Positions 1 through 13,197 are shown, numbered from the whole stretch's first letter. The stretch: 63,488 nt of DNA, filler included, from Rhabdomonas costata (GCA_019059605.1; 44 parts of 44 records of this genome joined end to end with filler, not necessarily neighbours in it); one strand, 5' to 3'. The notes: generated by a model not told the origin, from the sequence alone. A program made the numbers and translations.

Positions 1-1346
1 GTGTTACACAGCGAGTCAGAGTGAACGTTTTGGAGGGACATGACGGATTGTTGCGCTGCAGGTTAGGAAGAAACGGGTGGTTGCACAAGGGAACTTTATT
101 GTCTCCGGATTGGGTGGTAGAACGCTGCTGTGCAAGACAGCACACAGTAATGCGAACGGCTGCACCACTTCTCACGGCGATCCGCAAAGAGGAAGGTCAA
201 ATGTCTTGATCGGCAAGGCGCCGTCCGGACAGATTGGACTGGAGCGAATGAGGGACCTCCCCCAATGAATTTGCGAGTTCCTTATAAATCTAGCGTAAAC
301 ACGGGTGTTGTTGGTGTTGTTGTTGTTGGTGTTGGTGTTGGTGTCGGGCAGAAGTAGCCAGATGTTTGTCATCGAACTCATTGAGCATTATAACTTCTGC
401 AATTATGACTTCTGCCTTGAAGACAAAATCACAGTGAACAAGTGGCTTCCGTGAGTGACAGCAACAATTCACATGGTAAAAAAGACAAAGAAACACAGGT
501 GTATCTGAGAAGAGTGCTGTAAAATCTAAAACACACAGCAACAGCCAACAACATGCGCTTCAAAGAGAAAATTCAGAATTCGAAGGCAACGTGGCCTGAA
601 ACCGGTCGAGAAGTGAATCGCTCTGCCCCGCTTCGTCTGTAGACCTGGGCAACCCAGCAGGCCTGGAGCAGCGCTTGGAGTACAACACGGCAAACACAAC
701 CTAACTGACGGACAACTGTCGCGCTGCAATGCGATCGCGGCGTTCACACACGGTCCGCCAATTATCGTGGGCCTAATCGGTAAATCGACCCCGCGATAAG
801 GTCGATCAGGAGAGTTACCCAACTCACACCAAGCGAGGCATACAAGAGACGCATACACGCAAGCAGAGCGTTCTCCAAGACGCCGCATGCTGGTGCACGC
901 GTCCACACACAGACACACACAGACACACCTCATCCTCTGGGTATGGCACAGAGCAGGACTTTTTTCAGGACGCACGGTCGCTGAGTGAGTGAGTGGAAGG
1001 CAGCCAAAAGTAGTCGAGGCAAATCCTGCAGCACTAGCACTAAACGCAAGACAGACACTGACACACGAAGTGGACTCCCGGGGAAAAGGGCCGTAATGCA
1101 GACCATTTCCCCACACGCCACAAACCGGCCGAAGGCAGGAATGTGCAGAGTCGTTTCGAAATCGAACACGAACGGCGAATGGCTCTAAGATGCACACAAA
1201 CATCAGCCAGGCCCATACACTGAGGGAAAGCAGACATAGAAGGCGAGCAGGCCTCACGCATGTGCACGAGGGGGGTCTGAGTTGATCGCTTCAGCGGAGT
1301 GGTGCAGGGTAGGGTGTGTGATGATATTTGGGCGGCAACACAAAAC

Positions 1347-1446
1347 NNNNNNNNNNNNNNNNNNNNNNNNNNNNNNNNNNNNNNNNNNNNTTAATTAATT
1401 AANNNNNNNNNNNNNNNNNNNNNNNNNNNNNNNNNNNNNNNNNNNN
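1347..1446. other. Artificial contig spacer (44 N + TTAATTAATTAA six-frame stop + 44 N); first of 43 identical spacers, last at 62044-62143
   Basis: The identical 100-bp block recurs every ~1445 bp. Contig lengths fall from ~1346 to ~1344 bp along the window, as expected for size-sorted concatenation. Confidence 0.98.
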
Positions 1447-1960
1447 TGTTGTGGGGACAGCGTCTCAGGGGAAGGGTCTCAAAGGGAATCGTCCAGATCT
1501 CAGTCCGTCCTGACTCCCTACCCGCTCCATAACCAATGTTGTTTCGTGTGACGATTCCCTTTGAGACCCTTCCCCTGAGACGCTGTCCCTTCAATAGCAG
1601 TGGTACCCGCGCATTGGTAGTGCTGTGATGCCGAGTGGCTTGCATCACACAAACACGAGAATGAAAGTGGAAGTATGCGGAGGCCTATCACGGGCGTGCT
1701 CTCCTAAAATCGTCGTGCACTGGCTCGGCCCAATCGTTCCATCACACACTTTTTGAAACCATTTTGGCGGTGCAAAAAGAACTCCTTTGCAAATCTAAGG
1801 AGCCGGTGTTCTTCTTATGCGATGTCTGTTGTGTGCTTCGCACGTTCGCACCATTTATTGTTGAGATGCTTTCAAGCCGTTCGCTAAATGTCATGTCAAT
1901 CTGTGAGAGGGTCTCAAAAAGGAGACCTCGAGTTTGGGTCCCGATGTCGTGTACAAATAG

Positions 1961-2704
1961 GGATGAGAAGACCTTCGGCTTTGGGGTGCTGGATCGGTTC
2001 CTGGAGTCCCTAATGTGCTTCACCCAAGTCTCGGCTGCACTGAGCGGTGCCAAGGTGGTGCTTTTCAACATCCAGCATGACACCCCGGAGAACCTGACCC
2101 GCCTCCACCACGCGCTGCAGAAGGAGCTGAAGAAGTCCGTGGTGTACAAGACCATGAAGCCGCACTACATCCGCCCCTTCAAGCTGGTTTGTGTACGCAC
2201 GTGTGTGTCTGTGTTGGGCGCACAGCGCGCTGTCTGTTGCCTGATTGACTGTTGGTAACCACTGTGAACTGACAGGCGCCGGGCGCACGGCTACACGGGT
2301 GCTCGAGAGGTGCGTTGGAGCCTACAATGCCGAGGGGAACAGGCTCACACACGTTCTGCATACCCTCCCTTCTGCCCCACGCGTCCCGGGCCTTTATCGC
2401 GCAGCTCCTTTGGAGGGTTTGTGTGTGTCTGGGTGGTGTTATGCGCGCGTTCGCGCACCTATTTTTATGATTCAGCCCTCAGAGCGGAAGTGCGAGCAGA
2501 AAATCATCACACATCCCCTCTCTCCACACACTCCCAACACTCCCAGACATGAAGCCTCTTTCGTGGGAAGGCATTGAGTCAAAGATCCCACTGCTTTGCG
2601 ATCTTTCGTGGGGCGCGCACAGGCCAAGGTGAACACCCTGGGTCAGGTAGAGCAGGCTCTCCAGGAGGAGGACTTCCTGCAATCATGGGTGGTTATCTTC
2701 GCCG
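1961..2704 (+). CDS. Partial multi-exon gene of unknown family; paralog of the gene at 39413-40118
   Basis: GC3-rich exon ~1961-2186 after TAG (DEKTFGFGVLDRFLESLMCF...HYIRPFKL). Exon 2623-2704 (AG|...|GTGTGT) encodes AKVNTLGQVEQALQEEDFLQSWVVIFA, 17/27 identical to exon 39413-39494. The middle exon is unresolved. Confidence 0.65.
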
Positions 2705-3043
2705 GTGTGTGAAGGGGCCAGCCTTCGAAAGTTTTGCTGCTCCCTTCTCGGAACACAGCATGCACGAGAAACCACACCCCCNNNNNNNNNNNNNNNNNNN
2801 NNNNNNNNNNNNNNNNNNNNNNNNNTTAATTAATTAANNNNNNNNNNNNNNNNNNNNNNNNNNNNNNNNNNNNNNNNNNNNTTTTTGGGGGCCAGGCGGT
2901 GTGTACTCCTCCCGACATTTTTGATCTGGGATTAGAGTTGAATTGTTAGATGCCAGAATTTGCTTTTGGGGTGCGCCTTGTGAAAGCGTTGAAAGGGTTT
3001 CTGCATGATCTTATTCCATGTGTGCATAAATGTGTTTGTCCAG

Positions 3044-4003
3044 GACAGCCGTAGCTGTTCCCAGGAAGACCGACGCGCCGAGCTTTGACTCCAGCACAGA
3101 AATCTCTCGCTCTGACCGCACTACCACTGCCGTGAGCTCCCGAACCTCCTCGATGGCTCCTGGAAGGACCACAAGCCCCCCAGCACCCCCACCAAAGCCT
3201 GGCCGCAGTGCCGTTCCCGCTAAGCGGGGCCTCCCGGTGTGCAGATGGGTCTGTGTGCGCTCATGCGATAGGTGCGCGCAATATTATCATCTGATTACTC
3301 GTCATCAGATTGAAGGATTGAAGGGATCCGCAGCCTCCATCATTGCTCGCATTCTCTTGTGCTGCCTTCTTTCGCCTCCCCTCTATTCTTACGGTGGTGC
3401 AAAGGCGGCATCGCACGTCGCAAGTTACTTGGTGGAGGGTGTTGGTGTGGGTGCGGGTGTTGGTGTTGGTGTTGGTGTTGGTGTTGGTGTTGGTGTTGGT
3501 GTTGGTGTTGGTGGGCAGCCAAGTCAAAGAAAAGAAGGCTTGTGATAGAATCTGCTCGCTAGGCCCCTCTTTGACGTATTGTACGTATTGGCTTGACATA
3601 CTGTTTGTTACGGGGTCAAACGCCGCATGGTTTCGGTACAATCGGCGCGGCGCTGGTCATTGCCGCTGTACCTGCACGTTTGCACCACGAATTTCCGGCA
3701 ATCTTCGCACCCTCAAAGATCGATAGATGTGTGGGACATTCCTTCTCACCCCCCACCCTCTCCCGCCGCTGGCCTCCTGCGTCAACTTGCCTTTGCTGTC
3801 CAAGTTGCCCTTGCGGTCCTCTCATCTCGCCTACAAAGGTTTCGTCCGTGTACCAGTTTCCCGACGACGACGACGAGCTCCGCTTTGACCGCACCCCATC
3901 CCCGCCTTCAAAGGTCCAGGTCTCCAGCAATGCCTCAGGAGCACCTGTGAGGGTCGCGAGCCCGGCACCCCCCGCGAGCTTGGCTTCTCCTTCGAAGCCG
4001 GCG
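3044..4003 (+). CDS. Partial gene, Ser/Pro-rich low-complexity protein (exons 3044-3236, 3839-4003)
   Basis: Both exons are bounded by AG and GTGTG and are phase-compatible (SPPAPPPKPGR...; VSSVYQFPDDDDELRF...). Confidence 0.5.
3440..3513. repeat. (GGTGTT)n hexamer microsatellite
   Basis: Directly visible; a related GTT/GGTGTT tract lies at ~305-345. Confidence 0.9.
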
Positions 4004-5773
4004 GTGTGTGCTGTGTGGCTTTCTGGTGTGATGCAATGACTTTCCTGCTGCTGCCGTTGCACATGGCGACTGAGCGGGATCACAGACGTGATCGTCGCAA
4101 CGAGTGCTTGATCTCAGACGCGGAAACAAAAACCTGTCCGATGTAATTTATGGACCATTTCTCTGTGCTCAATGACTTGTTTGTTTTTGTTTGTTTTTGT
4201 TTGTTTGAAGAATCTGAGAGATTCTATNNNNNNNNNNNNNNNNNNNNNNNNNNNNNNNNNNNNNNNNNNNNTTAATTAATTAANNNNNNNNNNNNNNNNN
4301 NNNNNNNNNNNNNNNNNNNNNNNNNNNGTGGTGGGTGTGTTTGGGGTGTGGGGTTCCCACATAACTGTCATATATGCTCTTTCCCTGAACATTTGTTTGA
4401 TTTGCAGGGAAAACGTACGGGCGCACGTACGGGTATTTGGCTCAGAATGCGGTTTTTGCTCCGAAATTTTTTTTATTTTGCTATTAAATCTCCTTTTTCC
4501 CCTGAAGACATTTTGCGGTCGCTATTCACACTATTTGCGAGCAGCATTCGCCACCGCGTGAAAGAAAATGGGGTGGGAGTGGCAAAGGAACCACCAGGAA
4601 ATGACAAAAAAATTAACCAAAGTTTGTATATGAAAGACTACATGCCTCCATTATTAGGTTCCATGCACTCATTGTCACATTCGAGATTTGCCCCCTCCGT
4701 GACCTACAGCTCGCCCCCCCTTCCGTTGTTTTGGTGGAGCCTTTGCCTCCCGTTGGGTGTGTCTGTCGGCAGTGTTCGTGGGGGAATTCTATCTGTCCAC
4801 ATCACCCAGTCGCTGGCCCACACTTTCATGCCCGCGCTGTTCCACTGTGCTACACTCTGACACCACCTTCCCCCTTTTATGAGTTTGGTTTCTTCATTGT
4901 GAAACCCCGTGGTTTGGTTTCTTTTTCCACTGTGAAACCTACCAATGGTTGCGTTCATCCCAGCCACGTTGCAACCCCCCTTTGTGTGCCCCACTAGAGT
5001 TCTCGCCCGTGTTTTTTCACGAGGGAACCCCCCTCTCTCATCGTGCCTGTGCTTAGACGTCAGTCCATCCTGCACCGATGACCTGGCGCACCCTCCGTTC
5101 CCTTCTCGCGTGTGTTCATTCACGTTTTGTTTTTGTACAGCTCTGCACTGTGTTGATAAACCGTGGGTTTGTGCGTCTCAGGTACCTACCCTTCTTTACC
5201 CTCTTCATGATTGGCATCCCTTCTTTGCCTTCAGCGTCCACTTCTACTTCTCCGAAAGCTCCAAGTCCTTCCATTCACCACAACCCTTCGTACCCTTTGA
5301 TTATAATGTTGAGAACTCTTGTGAATTTTGTGTGACTCTCTCTCACCTCGTCGCCCTGTCCCGGCTGCAGACTCCTGCTTTCCTTCAGTTTTCCCTGTGG
5401 AGCAGATGGCGTGGCTGGCACAGATGCTAGAAAGAATGGTTAGAGTGCGTGTTTCTTTGTCTTCCACTGAACCAGAAGCTGTGCGAAAGAAGCACTGCGG
5501 TTTGATTACCCTTTGTGTTTCTCAGTTCTTCAGCCCATTTGAAAGGACACACGCAGATCAATTCGTTTCAAAGAAAGCTCTTTCACGGCTCCATCGTTCC
5601 ACAGCGTTGTTGCATTCTCAGCGTATTTCTTGCTTGATTTTCTTTGTAGCCTGCTAATTCGTGCCCAAAAAACNNNNNNNNNNNNNNNNNNNNNNNNNNN
5701 NNNNNNNNNNNNNNNNNTTAATTAATTAANNNNNNNNNNNNNNNNNNNNNNNNNNNNNNNNNNNNNNNNNNNN

Positions 5774-7119
5774 TTGTGGGTGGGAAGAGATTGATGCCCT
5801 CCCCGCCGCAGGGCTACTCCCTGGGAGCGACGGAGGAGGGCATCAATCTCTTCCCATCCCCCTGCCTCCTGAAGCACCAGCAGAGCCCGGACCTGGCCCT
5901 CTTGGTACAAGAGCTGCCTGACCTCTGCGGAGGGGGACTTGATCCTAAGCAGCGCTGCCAGGCCCACCGCGAAGTTCTCGGGGGGTACAGCGCCGACAGA
6001 GTCCCCAAAGGAGTTGAAGGCGAAAAAAACGGACTCTGCCCGAGCCAGGCGCTCGTCCTTCACCAGGAGGGAGCGCTGGTAAAGCTCACTGCTTAGGAGC
6101 TCCTGCTGACCTTCGATACGGGCGCGGGCGTCCCTCTCCGCGTTGCTGAGGAGGAGAATATGCAGGTGAAGCGCAGACCTCTGCTGCGCCACTCTCAGGT
6201 CCATCAAATCCCTCCATGCGTCCAGCTGGTCCTGTACCACGGCATTCCGCTCATCTCGCTCAGAGTCCAATATGAAATTGAGCTTCGGATTGCGGCTCAG
6301 CCTGCGTTTGTCGTCGGCGGGCAGCGCAGAGGGCGAGTCCTGCATCCCTGGAATCACCGGGCAGGCCCCATAGAGCTGGAGCCGGGCAGCCTCCTCTTCC
6401 TTCACGATGAGAGCTCGGGCATCCCGCTCGGTGTTACGGACCCGAAGAGCAAGCACATGAAGAAGGAACTTGCGTTGAGTCGTGATGTAGGCAAGAAGCT
6501 CACTGTATGCAGTAATCTGAAGCTCCACGAGAGCTCTTCGCTCATCTCTTTCGGCATTCAGCAACTCGCTTAGCTTGCGCCGCAGATCACTGTTGGTAAG
6601 TGGAACGGTGAGGTACTGCGCCATTTTGGGGGCATTGTCCTTGTGGTCAGTGGTTTGTTCCTGGAGACTGGAACGCTCAGAAGGGGCAGCCGGTCGATCC
6701 TGAAAAAGATGATAACTGGGGTCTGTTGAAACATCGGGGCGGCGAGTCGCAGCACCGGTTAGATCTAGCATTTCCCCTTGCACAATCGCAGGTCGCCCAA
6801 CCTCCTGTATCTTGGGCCCCATAGCATTTCCTCGAACAGAAATATCACGGTTCTCAATGCCCGCGGACATGGATGTGCCAGGATCCGGCATCCCTTTCTG
6901 CAAACTGCCAGTTCTCTCACGAATTTGAAGGCGACAAGAATCCTGCTCCTTTTCAATCTGCACTCGGGCTTCCCTTTCCCGATGGTAAATACGCAAGGTG
7001 CCAAGCTGAAATATGAACTTCTTTTGGGCATTGTTATAGGCTGACAACTCACCCCAACCAGCAACTTGAGCCTTCACGATGGCAGAACGGCCACGTCCCT
7101 CCGCATCCAAAACCACCAC
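5774..7119 (-). CDS. Internal part of a large alpha-helical repeat protein (E-x-x-x-R-x-x-hydrophobic...W/Y-x-x-L repeats)
   Basis: The whole contig is one open frame (~448 codons) with recurring units such as LNAERDERRALVELQITAYSELL, LDSERDERNAVVQDQLDAWRDL and NTERDARALI/NAERDARARI, at a period of ~100 aa. Confidence 0.8.
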
Positions 7120-8685
7120 NNNNNNNNNNNNNNNNNNNNNNNNNNNNNNNNNNNNNNNNNNNNTTAATTAATTAANNNNNNNNNNNNNNNNNNNNNNNNN
7201 NNNNNNNNNNNNNNNNNNNGGTTTGGGGGCATCATCTCCGCCGCGGGGCACGCAAACCAGTCGTGGCTGAGCAGCACCTGGCAGCTCCCCCGGCCCGAGG
7301 GCTCGCCCTGGAAGCACACCTCCAGGAAGGCCCGGCCAGTGGGGCTGGCATGCGTCGGGATCTGGGGGTGCCTGCCACCTGGACGCACGATACAGTGGAG
7401 GTGAGATTAAAATTGCGATTGAGAGGCGAGATTGCTGCATTCAGGACAATTATTCATCAGCTATTCAGCATCAGAGCGGAAACTGTATCGAATCATTTGC
7501 TTTTCATCTTTCGAATTCTCTGGAAGGAGAAAATTCACCGGGGGTGGAGCGCACCTTGGCCGATGTAATACATCGCTTGGATGCCGTTGTGGAATTGCAC
7601 CTCCGACCACGGAAGTTGACCTGAACAAAGGAAAGTTGTGCCAACGTTCGTAAAAGGATAGGTGGCGCAAGTGGCGGTCGGTGGCCAAAGGTACCGGTGG
7701 CGTTGCGTGGACATTTTCGATGAAAACTCGTCATCAGTTGATGCAAAACAAGTCTTGCAATATTGACAAGGGGTGTGGAGTGCAGACTTGGAAGCTGGGC
7801 AGGAGCACGCGTTTGCACCCCCACCCCCACCCCATGCGCTGAAACCAACAGCAGCGACAGAATAACGTCCCACAAAAAGGAAAGCTGAAAACGCTTGCCC
7901 CAACCGAAATGGAGGGACGGTGGCACGGTGGCAAGAGGTCGTAAACGTTTATAGCGGTTAAGCAGCCCTTCCAATCCTTATCCCCATCCCTATCCTAAGC
8001 ACCCCTTTCCCCTCAAGCAGACACACACACCGGTGTACATCTCCACAATCGTACACCCTACGCACCACACGTCGCTGCCCACGCTGTACTCTTGCTTGTT
8101 GATCACTTCAGGGGCCCTAAACACAAGGGAAAAAACCCATTCTCAGTCAAGTGTCCACTCCACGGAACAACAGTGCGACTTTTTGCTGAGCAATGCGCAT
8201 GTTCCGTGAAGAACACCCTCCCCCTCGAATTATAAAATTATGATCTCAGCACCAATGGCGTTGAAGCAAGCCGGCGGACAAGCAGAATTGCTTCAATTCC
8301 AGACACTAGTGTGGGGAGGAATTCACATTTCTAGTCTTGCAAGCGACGGCATATGACGAAGGTCGGGAGTGCCGTCTACAAGCAGGAACCAATATGGAAA
8401 AAACCGCAGCTGCAGCTGTCAAAAGGGCCAAAACGTCAACGGTCCGCGGTGAAGCGGGCGCAGGGTGCAAAAGAGGAGAGTCAGTACATCCACAGAGTTG
8501 TCCCCTTCAGGTTGAAGCCAGTGGTAGTGGTCGTGGACTCCTTGCTGGTGACAAACTTGGAGCAGNNNNNNNNNNNNNNNNNNNNNNNNNNNNNNNNNNN
8601 NNNNNNNNNTTAATTAATTAANNNNNNNNNNNNNNNNNNNNNNNNNNNNNNNNNNNNNNNNNNNNTTGGTTGTTTGTGTAAATTT

Positions 8686-10001
8686 CCTCACTTGTTTCTG
8701 TGTTGTGGTTCGAGTGTCTGTCGTCTCACCTGGCGGCATCTACCCGTGTCCCCCAGGGATGGACTAGTCATTTCTGGCGAGGACTCAAGGGAACCTGTTC
8801 TGTTCGCACCCCACAGATTCGTGGAATTGCTTTTGTCGGGTTCTGTGTGGAGGCATCCCAGGAAAAAGACAATCCCTTTCAGAAAAAACGAGAGAGAAAT
8901 AATGGCTCGTTAAATGGATCTAAAACGAGAAGGATCGGCCACGCAGGAGGCCTGCTGTACTGGCAAAAAGACCCCAGGCCTGTTTCGGCTTGGCCTTGAA
9001 GCACTCCATCTGTCGTCCACGGGGACCGCGAGCTCTGCTGCTCCCAACGGAGGTACTCTTGCCACAACGCCCTGTAACGCCCTGTGACTCGAGTCATCAG
9101 AGGTTGGGGTGCAGGGCGGTGTACCCTAGAGGTTCTTGGTCTCTTGGTCAAACAAAGGAAATGGGTGCTTCTGGAAGCCCCCCCCCCCGGATGCACAAAA
9201 AGCGGAATTTGTTGTATTCAAAATGTTGTGCACCTTTCTTTTGCTTCACGTTTTTCTTGCTTCACTTTCTACAAAATTGAACCCTTCGCTCTTCCAGGGA
9301 CAGATTTGCAGCCTGAGATACTCTTTTTTTCGTAACGGTTTGTCCATTTCATGATCACCTTAATCAGCTCAAGCTGCTGCTGGGTGAAAGAATGTGATTA
9401 TCTGACAATGAAACAGTGAGTACACTCAGCAATGAGCAAGCCGAGAAAGAGCGCCAAAAACTCAACGAAAAAATTACAATAAAAACAAAAAATTACTGTT
9501 AAAACAAAAAACACAATTCCTTCACGGCTAATGCAGTTGCTCTTTAGGCACACGCAAAGATTAGGAAGTAATAGCTTTCGTCTAAATTTGAATACCGTAT
9601 TTGGTTGTTCGTACTTTCTGCCACCAGACCGCCCCCAGGAGTACTGTGCCGTAAGGGAATTGCCCTTTTCCTTCTCCAGGGCGTGGTATTAACAGACCAA
9701 GAACCTCTAGCCGACAAAAGCAATTCCCACGATTCTGTGGGGTGCAAACAGAACAGGTTCCCTTGATTCCGCGTTCGCTGCAACCACCAAGGCTTTCCAT
9801 TTAGCAGCTTGGTTGCCCAGGCGACATGGCCCTTGATAGCGGCCCAGTGGAGAGCAGTGTATTTTTATTCGTTCACAGCGTCGAGTTCGGCGTGAAATCC
9901 ACAGCAAAAATCTCAAGAGTCCATCCCTGGGGGACACGGGTAGATGCCGCCAGGTGAGACGACAGACACTCGAACCACAACACAGAAACAAACAAGTGAG
10001 G
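8686..10001. repeat. Diverged inverted-repeat pair spanning the contig (possible fold-back / non-autonomous DNA element)
   Basis: Three collinear inverted blocks: 8686-8765/9918-10001, ~8787-8839/9711-9766 (with mismatches) and ~9127-9142/9694-9710. Confidence 0.7.
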
Positions 10002-10648
10002 ACCAAAACCCNNNNNNNNNNNNNNNNNNNNNNNNNNNNNNNNNNNNNNNNNNNNTTAATTAATTAANNNNNNNNNNNNNNNNNNNNNNNNNNNNNNNNN
10101 NNNNNNNNNNNGGGGGGGTTTCAACTGCGACCTGGACTTGAATATATACATTTTCAACGATCGGAGAGAGGTATATATTCAAGTCCAGGTCGCAGTTGAA
10201 ACCCACACTCATTGGAGAAAGGCCAAATTACCCCAGAAGGTTGGACCTTGCTTCTGCGTTAACACATTCTCAGCTCTCCCGCCCGTTCTTTTTTGGAGCT
10301 TTTCTAAAATTTGATTGCTGACGCTGTTCGTAACCTTACAATTCATCTCTTCATCTCTTCATTTGCAAACGCCTGGAAAGATTACCGTTGCTAGGCGGAT
10401 CAAAAAGCTCGCTGATGAGCCGCTACCAAGTCGATGACGGTCAGGTAAGGGAAAGAGACCTCAATCAAGACCCAAGTGGGATGACATTGATGGAATTCAC
10501 TTCCGGTGAGGTATGGATGCGGTATTCACAGTAATCTTCTCCCGATATCCGCAGCCGTTCATTGAATGATGCCGTCTGGTTTGTTATGCATTCGGTCCAG
10601 GGCGGTTAGGTGAACAAGCCAAAGAGAAAAGATCAGGCCGGGCCACAC

Positions 10649-10850
10649 CTCCTGAAGGAGCTGCACATCCAGGCCCTGCGGTTGCGGTAGGTCATGCCGA
10701 TTCGGAACAGGTACTCCGTTTCGTAACTCCGGAGGAAGTTCTCGTGGCGCAGGGAGTTGCCGAAGATCACCAGCGAACGCGTGCGGTACAGCATCACCAG
10801 AGGAAACCCCACCACCATTGGCGCGGACAGCGCCAAAAAGATCGGAGAGA
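10649..10850 (-). CDS. Internal exon of a membrane protein of unknown function
   Basis: Polypyrimidine tract + CAG acceptor, GTGTGG donor, high GC3; SPIFLALSAPMVVGFPLVMLYRTR...HENFLRSYETEYLFRIG...SSFRR. Confidence 0.6.
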
Positions 10851-11620
10851 CTGCGGAAAAGAAAAAGAGGCCGGGGGCGGCGTTCATCGCTTGTTGCCGT
10901 TTTCCTTCTCTTCCCTGCCACACTACTTTCTTTCGCTTTCTCTCTATCTCTTCCTGTCCTATGTAAATTTTTTTATTTACGCGGCTGTCACTGTTCCTTG
11001 TGTGCCCTTATTCGCCCTGTGGTCCCTGCCGTTGCCTGGCTCCGTTGCTCAACCATTCCTCTTTTGTTAGCGATCTTTGTGTCTGTGCCACCAGAACTGT
11101 TGCGACGAAGTGCCGTGAAGTGCCGTACAGTGTTTGTCCATTGTATTTTTTTCTGAAACGCTTGCTGATGTGTGATTCATCCAACAAGCCAACAGGAAAA
11201 TCAACTGAATGTCCATGGTCGCACATTTTCGAATTGAATGGGGGCCAGGGACCCCGATAGCGTGCCATGGGAACCAGTGCAGGAGGCTACCCCGTGACCC
11301 GGTCGACTGGGCATATTCTTATATGCTCCCAACGGTCGTTAGCATTGTTCCCCAAGTTTCAGAAGAATAACGCACCACACAGTTGCGGGGTTTGGTGAAA
11401 GCGAAGGACAAGCCATCCGTTCCCCAGAATTTGCGGACGAGAAAATTTTGACCTGTGNNNNNNNNNNNNNNNNNNNNNNNNNNNNNNNNNNNNNNNNNNN
11501 NTTAATTAATTAANNNNNNNNNNNNNNNNNNNNNNNNNNNNNNNNNNNNNNNNNNNNGTGATGAAAAGAGCATCGGTAAATAGCAAGCTAAAAGGAGCTG
11601 CCCTCCCAGCCCGGTAAAAC

Positions 11621-11893
11621 CTGAGGTGCAGGACGAACTATACCACGCCCAGCCCGAAGTGCACGTTCCCGAAGACGGGCCAGTCGACGTCCCAGTCTTG
11701 CAAGCAGAGGAAGACCCGCACCACCCACAGCTGCTCGCCGCCGTGCACGAAGAGCACGAGGTGAGGCTTGCGCACGGGTCCGTGGTGGAAGTGCAGCAGT
11801 CCGACTGGCTGCAGGTCGCCGAGGCGCACACCACGGCGGAGCCCTTCGAGGTGTAGCCCGAGGGGCAGGTGTAGGCTCCGCAGGTCGGGTTAG
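11621..11893 (-). CDS. Exon of a Cys-rich extracellular protein with a PSI (plexin-semaphorin-integrin) domain
   Basis: DPCASLTSCSSCTAASSCGWCGSSSACKTG...CTSGWAWYSSSC fits the PSI pattern (C-x4-C-x2-C...CGWC...C...W...C); AG/GT borders. Confidence 0.8.
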
Positions 11894-12116
11894 CTTTTTT
11901 TTGGGGAAGAAAAGGCAACGGGGAAAAGAAAGACAGGTAGAAAAGGTCTACTGCAGAGACAACCCAGAACGACACGACCAAAACCCTCAGGATGAACATA
12001 ACGCTGAAGGGGTCCGCCATCCCCCCGCCCCGCACATAAGAAATGAAAGAAAAAGGCAAAAAGAGAAAAGGCTGGTCCCAGGTTCTACTTCTCGTTCCTT
12101 CAGCTTATTTGGTGAC

Positions 12117-12899
12117 CTATGGAAAGGCCGCAGCGAAAGAAGCCGTCTCGGAATTCAGGCTTACGGTAAAAGACATTAGAAGGGTGCCACCCTTATGTGC
12201 TGAGAGAGAAAGTGATCGAGAGAGAGAGAGTGTGTGTGTGTGTTGGGCGCATTGCGCGCTGGCTGTTGCCTGGTTGACTGGTCGCTTGGTTGTTGGTTGT
12301 TGGTGACCACTGTGGACTGACGGGCGCATGCGCTGTTGGCCAGAAGTGCTCGCGAGAGGTGCCCTGGGAAAACGGAACCGGCTCACCGCAGAACGTTCCA
12401 CATCTGGTAACCTCCCTTCTGCCCCAGGGGTCCCGGGCCATTGTCGCGCAGCTGCTCTTTTCCAGCGGCTACCTGCATGGCTCCATTGCTGCTCAGGTCT
12501 CTGCGACTCCACACTCCTTCCTTGGGGGGCTGGGGCCTTTTCCCGTGGGAACGACCCTTGGAGCTTCCCTTTCGGATGGGTGAACGGGCAGTACCGGTAT
12601 CTACAGGCGTAGCCGTGCCAGCAGATCACTCTATCGTTGCGTTGCGGGCTATTCCTGCCCTCTTCCGCTGAACCTCCTGTACCTCGAGGCTGCCTCACTG
12701 ACTCATTGCCCTGGTGCGTCTGCGAATTCTTTGGCTTCCCGTTGGCCCTAGCAAAGGGCTTTGATTTCTTGCGATGCTCGATGGTACGCGTGTACCTCTG
12801 CGCACTGGATCCGTCTCTGCGCGGGTTCGGTCTAGGTACTCCTCCTCGGGTGCACAAAGGGACACCGTTGGAACTTGCATGATATCCCGTGCCACACAA
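12117..12899 (-). mobile_element. Basic ORF with a CCCH zinc finger; possible retroelement ORF1/gag remnant
   Basis: CWHGYACRYRYCPFTH (C-x5-C-x4-C-x3-H) in an Arg/Gln-rich 260-codon frame lacking the host exon codon bias. The element call is inference. Confidence 0.3.
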
Positions 12900-13197
12900 C
12901 CCAACNNNNNNNNNNNNNNNNNNNNNNNNNNNNNNNNNNNNNNNNNNNNTTAATTAATTAANNNNNNNNNNNNNNNNNNNNNNNNNNNNNNNNNNNNNNN
13001 NNNNNGGAATGACTCAGCAGTGGCATTGCAGCGTTGGTTTGCTGTGGCGCAACCAGTTTTAAAAAAACGACTGAGCGTGTTGACTGCTGCATTCCTTTTC
13101 CTGGAATTTTTGGCTCTTTGCTGGCACCATTTGTGCCATGGCTGTCAGCTATCCGCACCTCCTGTGACAACCGCATTTTTCTCCTTGTCCCCCGCAG

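Noticed and set aside
1391-1402. Regularly spaced palindromic TTAATTAATTAA resembling a CRISPR or repeat array
   Set aside because: Always embedded in 44+44 N; it is an artificial six-frame stop linker. ORFs ending in X...LIN are artefacts.
10410-10460. CTGATGAG as a hammerhead ribozyme core or C/D box
   Set aside because: No matching GAAA core or stems, and no suitably placed D box.
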